Shown piece by piece: positions 25,128-39,782 of a DNA stretch of 64,000 nucleotides; within the stretch, counting starts at the first letter, position 1, and each line of letters begins with the position of its first letter. Made by a program: the position numbers and the translations under genes. The notes below the pieces were generated by a model. The model had not been told where the DNA came from and ran no database searches. It saw nothing but the letters and a program-made list of their open reading frames with translations. The DNA is taken from contig CM120643.1 in assembly GCA_051362555.1 (NCBI GenBank), forward strand, positions 21,642,848 to 21,706,847. Direction: 5' to 3'. The DNA comes from Lingula anatina. Lineage: Eukaryota; Animalia; Brachiopoda.

Positions 25128-25427
25128 GACCCCATTCCCACAGATTTTAGATCAATCTATCCCTGTGGGGAGTCTCACTAGATTACCGTCAGCTTAGCTA
25201 GCTTAAGCGCCTGTCCCGCCTACTAAAAGCTGTAAGGGGGTAATTAACTGTCGTGCGCGCTCGGCTGACTGCAATTTAGCGTGAACCCCCAGGGAGTTAG
25301 GACGATTCGCAGCTTTAGTAGTTGGCGTCCCAGACATCTAAGCCACTTAAGCTGAAAGCAATTTTGCGAGAAACCGCGAGGAAATGGACCTATCCTGTTA
25401 GATCGATCTGGGGATGGGAACCCAGTC
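25128..25427. mobile_element. Palindromic MITE-like element in TAT intron 1
   Basis: GC-richer island with imperfect inverted arms (CCCATTCCCACAGAT / ATCTGGGGATGGG; CTACTAAAAGCTG / CAGCTTTAGTAG). Confidence 0.5.
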
Positions 25428-25924
25428 TTATATGTTTCATTATAGTGAAAGCTTTCAATTATATTTTGTCATCTTAATGTAACATTGACAATTATTTTAT
25501 GATACTTAATTCCTGTATAATTATGAATTGGGTATGTAGCTCTATTATTGAACTTTGAAATTAATACATTTTTTTCACTCTCCTGATATGGTGAAACTGG
25601 GAGGATTTAATTTACAAAAGATAGGTTAAAAAAAAAAAGAGTTGGTGTAAATTATGCAGTAAATTAATATTTTCTTGTTAATTGATAAATGATACAAAAT
25701 TGTAATTTATATCTTATTTCATAAGATGTTTACTTTTCCTGAATGATAATGAATGATTAAGATTTAGGTCTGTTTTATTTATTTATTTATTTAATTTATT
25801 TATTTATTTACTTTTTGATTTGATTAAAATAGTTAATGCAGACCTAGTCAAAGGTGAAGAAAGCTTTTTCACATGCAACTTAATTAACACTATTGTAGAC
25901 TTAAATTTAAATTCTTTTTCAGTT

Positions 25925-28781
25925 ATGCCTCCCGAGAATGCCAAGCTCGCTAAAAAGCGTAATCAGCTGATTCGTCTGGCATCGGTTCCCAATTTTGAGC
26001 CAGTGATAAAGCAGATAAGAAAACAGCAGAAAGGGACATGGAAGGTTCAGGCATCAACGATGGCAAAGAATACCCACAATCCCATCAGAAAGATTGTGGA
26101 TGGTATGAAGCTGACACCCAACCCAGAGAAAGCAATGATAGCCTTATCAATAGGTGAGACAAAATTCAGGTTGTCCACTTATTTCGTTGAATTAAGATTT
26201 GAAAACACTTCTTCAGCCTTCCATTCTTTTTGGCTAGATGCCTAGACCGCTTCATGTTTGGACAATTTTCGGAAATTTCCAAAACAAAACCATGCAATAG
26301 CAGTAACAGGGAGGGGGGAGTTAAGGCATGTGACCCCCTCCCCCCATAAGTTTTGAAAGTTAGGGCCCTTCTTCTCCCCCTCCCCCCCCCAAAAAAAAAA
26401 TATTATAACAAGCGAAACAAAACACAATCAAGTGGACTATCCTTTTCTTTGCCCAATGTATTATACAATTTGTCAACTGTTTTACATGTATGCATAGTAA
26501 CACAAGGATACCAAGGGAAGTAAGGCAAAAATCATTTACAACTTAGCTGCCCCCCTTCCCCCAGCTAAATTTTGAATCCCCCAGTGCTTTATGTTGATGG
26601 GAATGCAGTATTCTTAATTTCTTGTGTGCTTTAATTCTGTAGGTGACCCCACTGTGTTTAAGAATCTTCCACCAGCTGTTGAACTTGAGGAGGCCCTGAT
26701 AGAGACTGTGAAGGGAGGTAATCATAATGGATACGCTCCCTCTGTGGGTATGTACTGATATACACGGTACATTTGGTCACTCACTGTCAGATCTTAAGAT
26801 GCATGATGCTAGCTAAAGTATAGTCCTGTTCACTTTTTGCACTAATGTTGTAATTAATTTAATCTGTTTTTGTCTCATTTTAATATTATATTTTTCTGGT
26901 TCTTTTTTGTGCCTTTTTGTGTTTTATGTTTATCAGTGGAAACAAAAAATTAATATTAGAAATTTCTCTTGTAAGCTATTTCTTACATAGCTGTTCCCTG
27001 CTGTACCCTGTTTCCTAGCATTCATATATAAATTGCATAGTTGTTGTTTCTCTGTTTGCGGAGAAGGTAACTTACAAAAGCCCCTCTAAGTTGCATTATA
27101 TATTCATTCATTGTTGTTGTTGTTAACCTACCCACCTGTGCATTATTTAAATGTACAAACTTTATGTGTGCATGCAACTTCCAGGTTACGAATCTTCACG
27201 TGCTGCAGTTGCTTCTGCTCTCACATTACCTGAGGCCCCACTTGAAGCAAAGGTAACTATGAACCCTCCCCAGACAGCATTCTCTGTATTTTCTGCAACA
27301 TTCTATTTGAGAGAGATTGGCAACTGGCTCTTACATAGAGAGATGGCAAAATGGAGTCCCCATACTTGACTTGACATGGACAGTTAATTAGAAAAGAAAT
27401 GCAATGAATTGCATTTGTTATCACTATTTATTTGGTATTTTTTCACAAAGAAAGTAATGCAGTAAAGCTGATTAGTATGAGGTTATAGGATCACATTGAG
27501 ATGAAAAACAAAATTTGATAAATCATTGAAATAGAAACAGCTGCTGTGTTAATGTTGGTTACTGCATATGAAATTGTTGACCTTGGATACTATTAATTAC
27601 TTGTTGATAACTATTCTTATTTACGAGTTTTGTCTTCTACCTGCTTTTTTGCATTTTGATGTTATTCTGGTTACAAAAATCAAAGAACAAAAAAGAATGA
27701 TTTAAAATTATAGAATAGTATTTTTTGTAAATATCATGCAGCAGCTCTGATGAATAATAAACGATAAATTCTATAAGTTTTAACATAAAACCCTTATCTC
27801 TCCATGCTTCTGATATAGTGAAAGGAATACTATGTTTATCAGCCACCAGGCATATATTGTAATAATATATAATTAATCAATTCTCCAGTGAAAATATTCT
27901 GTACTACTAGTGTTATATAGAATGACCTAATAATAATATTTTATTTCCTGTTTTGTGTCATTTTCTATTGTTGTGTTCTTTATGATCATGATAATTGAAT
28001 CATAGCATGTAGCTAAACATTATGATCTTATACAAAACATAAGCAAAAGACATTATCCCTGTGCAAAGAAGTCAAAGAATTCCTTGAAATAATTATAATA
28101 ATAATAGAATAATTCTTTTTGTTGTAGGACGTGATACTGACAAGTGGGTGTTCGGGAGCAATTGACCTGTGTATCTCGGTACTAGCCAATCCAGGCCAGA
28201 ACCTTCTCATTCCCAGGCCAGGGTTCTCTCTCTACAGGACATTAGCTGACTCTCTTGGCATTGAGTGCAAGTACTATAACTTGCTGGTAAGTTGGGAGTT
28301 CAGGTGGGAAATTCTTGAAGAGTTCCACATGAATGTGAATGTGTCACTGACTTGAATCCCTGTTGAGTGACATCATTTGGTAGCAAACTTTTACAGTGAT
28401 TAAATTATTTCTGAATCAATCAATGGATTTGAGTTTACATGTATCAGTTTTGCACTTTGTATGTACAGACAAAGTATTGTTTTAATATGGCCATGGCCTG
28501 CATCTGTTCATATTGTCAAAACAGCACATTTCTAGTTTTAAGCTTTCTCAGTACTATGCATGATGGTAACAATCTCAGACCTTTTGCACCCTTAGTTGAC
28601 CCATGTTGGAGAAATAGCATAGCACCTAGGTCATATTCTGATTCAACGTTGACCTTATTAGGGGTAGTTTTTTTTTAAGCCTATCAAACCAACCCTGCCT
28701 ATGGCCCTGAGGTACAATTCTTTTGAGTGGGATTTGCAAAAAAAAAAAAAAAAAAAAAAACTGTCACATTCATATGATGTA

Positions 28782-28852
<71 letters not shown>

Positions 28853-31800
28853 ATTTTTATTTTTTGACAGCCTGAACAAAATTGGGAGGCAGACTTGAAA
28901 CAGATGGAATCTCAAATCGATACAGAGACAGCAGCCATTGTTGTGAACAACCCATCCAACCCCTGTGGCTCTCTTTTTACCAAGGAGCACATCAAAGACA
29001 TTTGTGATGTGGCATTCAGACACAAGGTTCCCATCATTGCTGATGAGATATATGCATTCCAGGTAAGTTGTTTTCTGCTGAGAGTGTTTGCTTGCATTGG
29101 CATGTATCTGTGTTTTTATGATGGATTCAACCAAACATGGAAGTTTGATGTGTCATAGAGAAAAAGATACAGAGATGCAGATATATAGTTACAAAGATAC
29201 TTCTAAATTAATTAATTAATTGAATTAATTAACTAATTAGTTGTATTAAATTATTTATTAATTTATTAGATAAATGTAGATATATAGCTGAGCTGTCACA
29301 AAAATACCTTTGTGTTTAATTTTTATTTAATTATTTATCTGTCTTTTTATATTTTTTAATTTACTCTTGCATAATTATATTTTTAGTTATTTATTTATCT
29401 ATTTATTTATATTTTATATACACTCTTGCATAACTATATTTTGACAGGTTTTTGAAGGCAGTGTATATCACTCCTTTGCATCTCAGACTACGGAGGTTCC
29501 TATTCTCTCCACTGGAGGCTTGGCGAAAAAGTAAGAATGCTGTGGTAACCTCACTGAGATAATCTCATTCGTTTCTTTAATACCAGAAAATTTTTTAGTG
29601 TTCATTTAAGTGTTGATACTTTTTAAAATAATTTTTATTGATGTTTTCCATCAAATTGTGTTGTCACTATTTGTAACTTAATTGCCTATGTTCTTGTTAC
29701 TGTATTGCAGTTTGTCAAATCTTACTAACTTCATTTTTGTCAGGCTGTGTAGCCTGTAATATCGAGCACTACTCATGACTCCTCTTGCAGTTTTATATAT
29801 CTATAATATAGCACAATTGCTTTTTCCTCTAATATAGACAGCAACATCGAGTTCAAATTCCAGTCTTCTCTATTGCTGCAATCTGTGGCATTTAGCTCAA
29901 TCCCAATTTCCTCTGTTGCAAGCTGTTACACTTCTACAATTCCCGTCTCCTCTATCACATTCTGTTAATTCTATCACAAATTGTGTCTCCCCTAGCAACT
30001 ACATCTTTTCAGAATGAGGTCATATGTGGTACCTTTGTATTGTCTCTTTTAAATTTGTCTCACACATCTCTGGTTGTTGTTGTTTCAGGTTTGTTGTGCC
30101 AGGCTTCAGGTTAGGATGGATCACAATACATGACAGAAATGGTGCTTTTGAAGAAGAGGTAAGGTCAAGTTGCAAAATAGTTTAAATTCTAGAGTTATGA
30201 GCATTGCTTGTTTGAATCTAGTAAAAGTTTTACAAGTTTGATGAATTAGGGTTTTAGGCAGACATTAGGAATATTAACTAATTATGAACCGTACCTTCTA
30301 TCTTGCATTGTTTAATTTTGTGAAACTTTCATGTTGTCCATTTTTTCAATGGTAACAATATAACAGTATCCTAGATTTAGATCTTAGAGATCTAATTCCT
30401 TTTAAACTATTTGAAAGTTTTGTGATTTTGTTGATTAGTTGAATAATAATATATTATTTTGTCATTACAAAATAAATTGGTGGCAATAATTTTTTAACGT
30501 GCATAGTAGGTATGGTGTTCTAAAAATCTTTGAATGCAATCTTTTTAGGTGCGTCCAGGGTTGATCTCATTGTCACAAAGGATTCTGGGACCCAACACTA
30601 TTGTCCAAGGTGCATTAGAGAAAATTTTGACAAAAGTCCCTCAGATTTACTTCGACAAGATTATGGCACATTTACAGGTGGGTTAAAATATAGGTGTGTG
30701 ATTGTTACAAAGATGAATCAAAACTCTGGCATTTAAAATTGAAGCCTATATACAGTCAGTTAGGGCTTAAATTTTAAAGTACTTCGATTAAGATTTCTTA
30801 TGGCCACTTGTATATAAAACTAGATGCAGACAAATCCAGACAAGTCGTTGCATAGTTATAGTTACATGCACCAAGCTGTATTTCAAAACTGAATTTGCAA
30901 TAAATATAATTGTACTTTTTGTGTTATGATTATGTGATCATGCTTGAAAATCATATCTCAGATAACAGTAAATATCTGTATTATCAAACAGTAATTTTTT
31001 AGATATTTATTATTGCAGTAGTAATTGATAGTTTGTATCTTTTCCAGGCCAATGCTGAGGTGTGTTACAACCATCTGTCAGCTGTGCCTGGGTTGAATCC
31101 CATCAAACCAAGTGGAGCCATGTACATGATGGTAAGACTGCATATTGATATATTGTATTTTATATTTGCCAGTTTTGTACAATTTGAAATGCTCTTTAGT
31201 TCAGTATTCACTATATCAAAATGAATCACATCCTGTATGCTCTAACGCTGAGGTTATTTCGATGTTTTTCCAGATTGGTATAGATATTGAGCACTTCCCA
31301 GGTATAACTGATGATATGGCATTTGCTGAAATGATGGTCACAGAACAGTCAGTTTTCTGTTTGCCAGGAAAGGTAAGAAAAAACAAATGAAATGATGATT
31401 TTGATTTATATTAATTTTTTTTTAAATCAAAGTAATCTCTGAACCTCAAACCACCTGTCTGGAATTGGGTAGTTGTAAATGACTCAGAAAACAATTTAAA
31501 TGTTGAAATACTTTTTTCAAGAATTGTTGGTTTATGGTGATACATTATTATGAAAGAAACAGAACAAATCAAAACTTACTGATAATAAAAAGAGTTGCAG
31601 TGCAGCATTTTACATTTATTATGGGTAATCTGAATTTCATTTGGAGTTAAATTTGTTATAAATACATGCAGGGGCTCAGTCATAGGATTTATGCTTCCTA
31701 TTACAGTTTAAAAGGTCTGTTGTTGCATTGAAATATTATTCCATTGGCAGGAAAAAAAGTGGTTTATAGACCTTAAAGTATCTACAGATGCATAATTTTC

Positions 31801-32135
31801 AGTGCTGTCAATCACTTCGTTATTTTATTTAATGAAATTATGATCAAACTGCATTAAAAGTATTTCTGTTTGCTTTTCTGAATCAGTGTTTCCAATATCC
31901 AAACTACTTCCGAGTTGTGTTATCAGTCCCAGAGGAACAGATGGTGACAGCATGCCAGAGAATAAAAGACTTCTGCAGGGACCATTACAAGGGACCAAGT
32001 GAAAATAACAGCACACCAGTCAAGAACAGTAATGGAGACAGGAACATAAATGCAAACAACAACAGCAATGCAGACAGCGGCAGTAGCATCCTGTACAGTA
32101 TCCCTGAGCATGACGAGATCCATGAGGAGAAGTAA
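25925..32135 (+). CDS. TAT: Tyrosine aminotransferase; exons 25925-26153, 26643-26747, 27185-27252, 28128-28286, 28871-29062, 29448-29530, 30089-30158, 30549-30677, 31048-31131, 31274-31372, 31887-32135
   Basis: [56 protein letters not shown] (PLP lysine), PSGAMYMM and EQSVFCLPG. All introns are GT-AG and in phase. Confidence 0.96.
28783..28849. repeat. (TA)n microsatellite; others at ~8900-8940 and 44442-44496 (TA), 33879-33950 and 34034-34090 (GT/GA), 45583-45625 (AAT)
   Basis: Directly visible in the sequence. Confidence 0.95.
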
Positions 32136-32607
32136 ATGCTTCACCAACTGAAGCTTTTATCTTTATCATTTTAGCACTGAAATTATTTACAGCCAGGTCA
32201 TAAGAAAACCGAGCATATAAGACATGATTGTACTTATTAATATTATAAGAACTGTCTTATATCTTGGTACCAAAATGTAAGAAGTGCTGTCACTTGTGGT
32301 TCAGTGATGAGGGAAATGGTTGGATTGGAATGCCTTTCTCATTGCTACAAAATTTAAAGTAGATTTAATATATGTAGATAAAACAAGCTTTTCACTTAGC
32401 CAGACTTCCTTCAATCTATTGGACACTCCTGTCTGTTAGATTGTTGTATCATGCTGGGTTCATGGTAATTTGAGGCAAATGTTTATTCAGCTAATGTGAA
32501 AAAAAAAAAAAAAAAAAAAAAAAAAACAATTTCAGGTGTACATTTTACATACATTCATATATATTAGCTGAATAAATAATAATAATAATTATTATTATTA
32601 TAAAGGG

Positions 32608-32756
32608 CACTCTCTACCAGGGCCACAGGGAGAATTAGTTTTGGTAGTTATTCACAGATGTTGCTCTGGCTAATTACTCAACTGTCTGGTGAGGATTTTC
32701 GCACAACTACATATTAACTGTTATGTCCTCCCCCAGCCAGCCTATGGTAGAGAGTG
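32608..32756. mobile_element. 149-bp MITE with CAC...GTG termini downstream of the TAT stop
   Basis: CACTCTCTACCA / TGGTAGAGAGTG terminal inverted repeat with further imperfect pairing. Confidence 0.6.
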
Positions 32757-33875
32757 ATACAAAGGTTCAATTAATTATAATGCACAAAATATCATTCAAT
32801 CTGTTGGTTGTGAGAGAAGAGATAATCATTTATTTGTGAAATACAATATGTTCATTTTTTTGTTATTAAAAAGTTGAAATTTGCGAGGGGGCGAGATTCT
32901 AAATTTTATCCTAAGAAGTGCCACATTAAGAAATTATATTTAGTCAAAATGTCACTGTATTTCACGTGGGAATCACTTAAACAGTGGTTAGTTATAAACA
33001 CATTATATATTCTACAGTTCAAATTGTATACTGTAGTGTTAAACAGATTCTCTGCAGTAACGAATTCCATTAATTGTATAAAGATAAAAAGTGGGGCCAG
33101 CATTTGACAAAATAATCAGTCTTAGAAATGTTCTAATGCAGTGATAGGTATATAAGGGGTTCCTCCTTGTATTTAGCAATATTAGAAGGCAGCTATTAAA
33201 AAAATTTGTTCGGTGGGGTTATGTAATGAACATTGCAGGGACAAGTGCCAGGCAAGTTATGTTTTATATACATGTATACTCTATTCTGTTCTTTTATATT
33301 TAGCATTTGGTGAGGAACACAGTTCACCATGTGGACTAAACAAGGTTTTTTTTTGTACTAAAATAGGATCTTAGTACAGAAGTCACAGTTAGGCTGTCAG
33401 TGTGCACTGTTTGAACATTTCAGGGTTCAGGTCTACCAAAGGATATGAAAAGAGCACAAATTAGCATTAAATATCATACGTTAGCACTTCAGTTTGTTTT
33501 ATAGGACATACGTAGGTGTCAGAAATATAAATAGAAGTGCTAATGCATGATTGCTGGGCACAAGTGTTAATTATTATTTAGGGTTTATGAACTGCATACA
33601 TTCTTTTAATTTTACTAATCACAGCAACAATAGCTAATCTGCATTGGAGCTGTCAAAGATCTGCAGCCTTCAATATCAGCTGTAAAATATCCAGACTTTG
33701 TAATCCTTTTGAATTCTAGTGTCCTTTGTAAAAATTATCATGCCCTTTCAAGTCAAACATAAGCAGTGCACATTTGCCGAAGCACAATTGTTTTTTTATT
33801 TCTTGTATATTTCTTGTAAAAGGCACCTAGACCTTTGCTGTACAGATTTTGATGTCACTATGATTATGTATTCAG

Positions 33876-33910
<35 letters not shown>

Positions 33911-34032
33911 ATGCATGTTTCAGAAAGAGAGAGAGAGAGGGAGAGAGATAAAGAAAAATGTAATTTGATGAAATGCCATATTATTGTTTGGAAAATGAGC
34001 CAGAAATGTTGTAGCTTTGTTTTTGTCTCAAG

Positions 34033-34066
<34 letters not shown>

Positions 34067-35454
34067 AAGAGAGAGAGAGTGTATGTGTGTGAGTTTTAAA
34101 ATGTACCAGACAGTTAGCAACATCTTTATTATTCATAACAGTATCTTCAAACATACTGTTCATTTATATTATCCAGGTGGGAGAGACTTAAAGTTGGTAA
34201 TTTATGGCAGCTATTTTATACATGTACACATCAAGCAAGATTTTATTTTCTGATAAAGTACAGATGCGGAGGAAGTAAAAATCTAGTTTATTTTTAAGAG
34301 CACATTTTTGCTGATTCTGCGGTTTATTACATTTCATTTTCATTATATAATAAAATTGAAAAAATGTGTGACTTGGGTTTACCAGACTATACACATTTGT
34401 TAATATGTGCTCATGTTGCTTTGCTCAGGTTTAAATGTGACATTACCACAGCCATACTAAGCAGTTGGTTTTTACTACCATCGAAGTATTTGGATGGTAG
34501 CTTTTTTATTATACAGAAACACCTGCCTGATAAACACTGGGAAATAGGGCCACTGAAAAAATACCAACTTTTGAGAGGATTAGGTACTGGACACAAGGAC
34601 TAAATACTTTGTGGTTTTGGAAAGCATACTTGCATACTGTACTTGTCATTGAAGTTAATAATAATAATTGCAAAATGATTGAACAGTAAAGAAGTAAGCA
34701 ATAGCACAACCATTTTTTTTATCCTAGTGGTTTTGTATGGAGGGCAGTCACCAAAAACTCATATAGCCACTGAACGGAATTAAGAACTGTTGATACAGAC
34801 AAGACTTGCTCAGCAGAGCAATGTAATGACAAAATACTTTCAGTGGTATTGGCAGGCTCCTGTTATGCAGGCATATGAAGAAGTATGTGACTTAGAAATT
34901 TAGTCAATAATAATTAAATATATAGGAATTTATTCTTTAAATAAGATGGAGCTAAGATATTCAATTTTATTGTATATAATCAGTTGTGTTTACTTTATTG
35001 GGTAAAAATTGAGAATGAATCTCACTAAAAATTTGTTTATGCTCTTTTGCAAGTTTTATTTTTAGCGTGTATCTCAGATACTCCATTTGCTCTTTTTGGC
35101 ATGACTTTATTACAGAAGAAATATTTATCCATTTTGCTTTGTTGAGGCACTTTTTTGTCATATTTATCACAAATGTACTTGCACAAACTGGAAATAAAGT
35201 GGATTTTGAAAGAAAATTTTATTTATATTTTAGCCTTGAAGATAAAACTTAATGATACAGCAAAATGCAAGTTTTGGGCCTGGTCTGGACTGTTTAGAGA
35301 GTGTTTAAAAATATTAAATTCTAAACTTGATCAAAGGTTGACTGGAAACTACCATCTTCCTCTTTTTTGAGTCAATCCATATTTGATCCAATCACACTGT
35401 ATGAAAAGTTCCATATATCAAATTGGGAAATTCACCAATGACGAGACAGGCGTC

Positions 35455-37381
<1,927 letters not shown>

Positions 37382-39782
37382 ATGGAAGGGAAAGGGGACG
37401 ACACGAAAGTTGCTGAAGAAAATAACGAGGAGGCCACACGTTCCCCGGCCTTAGATGAGATGTTGGATGAATTTGGGAAGGACTATGCTTCATATTTACA
37501 AGTAGACTCTAGCAGGGAGGTAATCTACACTTTTTAAGTATGCAACTGACTTTGACAGTGCTTAAGGCTTCGGAAGTCAACTTGGTTTACAATCATTTTC
37601 AGTTGCACAGGAAGGACACATTTTGATCAATAAAAAACGACCGTTTGTTATTTTGTAATTTTTTTTTATTAAAGCCAGATATCCAAAATACCAAGAAGTA
37701 TATCTGCGCATGTGCCAGTGTCACAATTATATTTATTTTTGTTAACATAAACTTAATAAATTGAGATACTATCATTTGCATATATATTGCATTTATTATT
37801 TAAAAACAATTCTCAAGTTTTATTTTTAAGACTTTTGTAATGTCGCAGTTTAACTATTTCTTTGCAGAAACACCAATTTGAAGAGTCAGTAGAAGACATG
37901 CTAACACGGTTGGATGAATTCTGTGGACTCGTAGATTTGGTGAGTATCATGCTTGGTGCATTTGATATAGAAATTATGAATTTACTTTAAAGTTTAACAA
38001 AAAGTACTTGCCCCATACCTGGCTACATGTCTGTATTGTCTTCAGCTATTAGTATGAGTATGTTCAGATGCAAGAAACTTAACAGCTGGAAACTTTGGGA
38101 TAGTTTTTCTTCTAAAATGCACATATATAGTTTATAAATATATATATATGTATATGGCCTCATTCAGAATAGGTTACTAACTAGTCTAAGGGTCAAATAT
38201 TGTGACCCACTACAAAGCTTGTCGTCTAATCTGCTAATAGACACTGAATAGATATCCCCTGGGGAGGTATTCAAGTGGGTTGGCCATATTGTACCCTCGG
38301 ACTACTTAAGTAACCTATTCTGAATGAGGCCTATGAGTTCATGTGTGCTTGATTCTTAACAGTTAGTATTCCTCAAAAGCCATCATGATGATATTTCTGA
38401 AAATTGTAAACTGTGAAATCTTTAAACACATTGATACTGGTTACTTTATTTTTCAGATACGTAGTGACAGTACGTTATGCTTAAAGACAACGCTTCCCAA
38501 AATTCAAGCCAAAAGTGCAGAAATGGAGAAAATGTTTGAGAGGATAGATAAACTGGAGGTACACATCAGCATTATTATTATTCAAACATACTGATTGCTG
38601 GTTCCAAATTCAAACATACATTAGAGCAATACATATTTTAAGGCGAGTTATTATGTTTAGAGCCTAATTTAATAAACCCTGAATGATTGCATGCATTCCT
38701 TGCTATTTCATTCCATGTAAACCTGCAGTATCTGAGGGAGGCATAATAATTTCATTATTTATTAGGATATTTGGTACCTATAGACATTAAGTGTAATATG
38801 CCATTTACAAAGGACTAAATGGATAAAGGACATTGCATACATCCTGCATACCTTTTCTGTAAGTGGCCTAAAGAAAATTGTCTTACTGATCAGTGTCCTT
38901 TTCCTTTCAGTCTTTTGTTTCTCTAGTGAAGCAGAACCTCAATGCCACGGAGGAGCAAGTGAGCAAAGCCGAGGATGAGTTGGGATCATTTAGTTCCTTT
39001 AAGAAGATGTTGAATTCATTCTCTGTGCCATCTTTTTTGTCTAGTGTAAGTATGTGGTACTACTGTGACAAAAATGGCATGATTAAATGAGTTTACAACC
39101 TCCTCCTCCGGTTTAATCAGTATCACTTTATATGTCTAAAAACATGATATTTCATGAAAAAAAATCTAATATTTTAAAAAAATTAATATATTGTTAACTC
39201 CAAGGCATGTTGTTTTGTTACTGCTGCAGCTCTTTTTGGGATGAACAAGTATGTTACTGAATAACTAACCATGAGTTCCTGATTTTTACATAAATGTTTC
39301 AAAATGCTACAAAGGTCATAGGAAACAAATATAATATTATATAATGAACTAAGACCCCATTGAAATCCAAAACCAATTGGAACAGGGTTAGGACAACATA
39401 GTCTACATAAAAGATAAAACTTTAAGTGACAGTTAAACAAAAATCTTGCTCACCCTTTATTGTCATTTCAGATAATCTGCAAGTGTTATTGTACTTTGTC
39501 TGTTTTTGTGTGCTTTTCACAACAGGATAATTAAGTAAAACTAATGAGTTGTGGGGAATTTTTTTTGCCGTTTTCCAGAAGAAGCCTTCCACTCCAGTTA
39601 AAGCTGCCAAGGAAACTTACAGTCCACTTGAAGTTATTGACTGCAATAACTTTTTTACTTCAACTACAAGTGATTTAAAATCCTCAGGAGGTCAGGCGAC
39701 CTCTATTACCCAGTTAAAAGACACAGAGAATGAAGCGACATCTAGTGAGGAGCAAATGGTAGCAAGTAGCTGTGACACATAA
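37382..39782 (+). CDS. BLOC1S4: BLOC-1 subunit 4 (cappuccino)/BCAS4 family protein; exons 37382-37519, 37868-37939, 38457-38558, 38911-39045, 39579-39782
   Basis: DYASYL, EESVEDMLTRLDEFCGLVDLIRSD and MFERIDKLESFVSLVKQNLNATEEQVSKAE; phase-0 GT-AG introns. Confidence 0.87.
38156..38331. mobile_element. MITE with 22-bp TIRs and 3-bp TAT flanks (PIF/Harbinger-like)
   Basis: GGCCTCATTCAGAATAGGTTAC / GTAACCTATTCTGAATGAGGCC. Confidence 0.8.

Noticed and set aside
32498-32526. Poly(A) tract as a retrocopy tail
   Set aside because: No TSD or processed gene upstream; TAT retains its introns.
33719-34253. ORFs with VCVC/ERER runs
   Set aside because: They are translations of (GT)n/(GA)n microsatellites.
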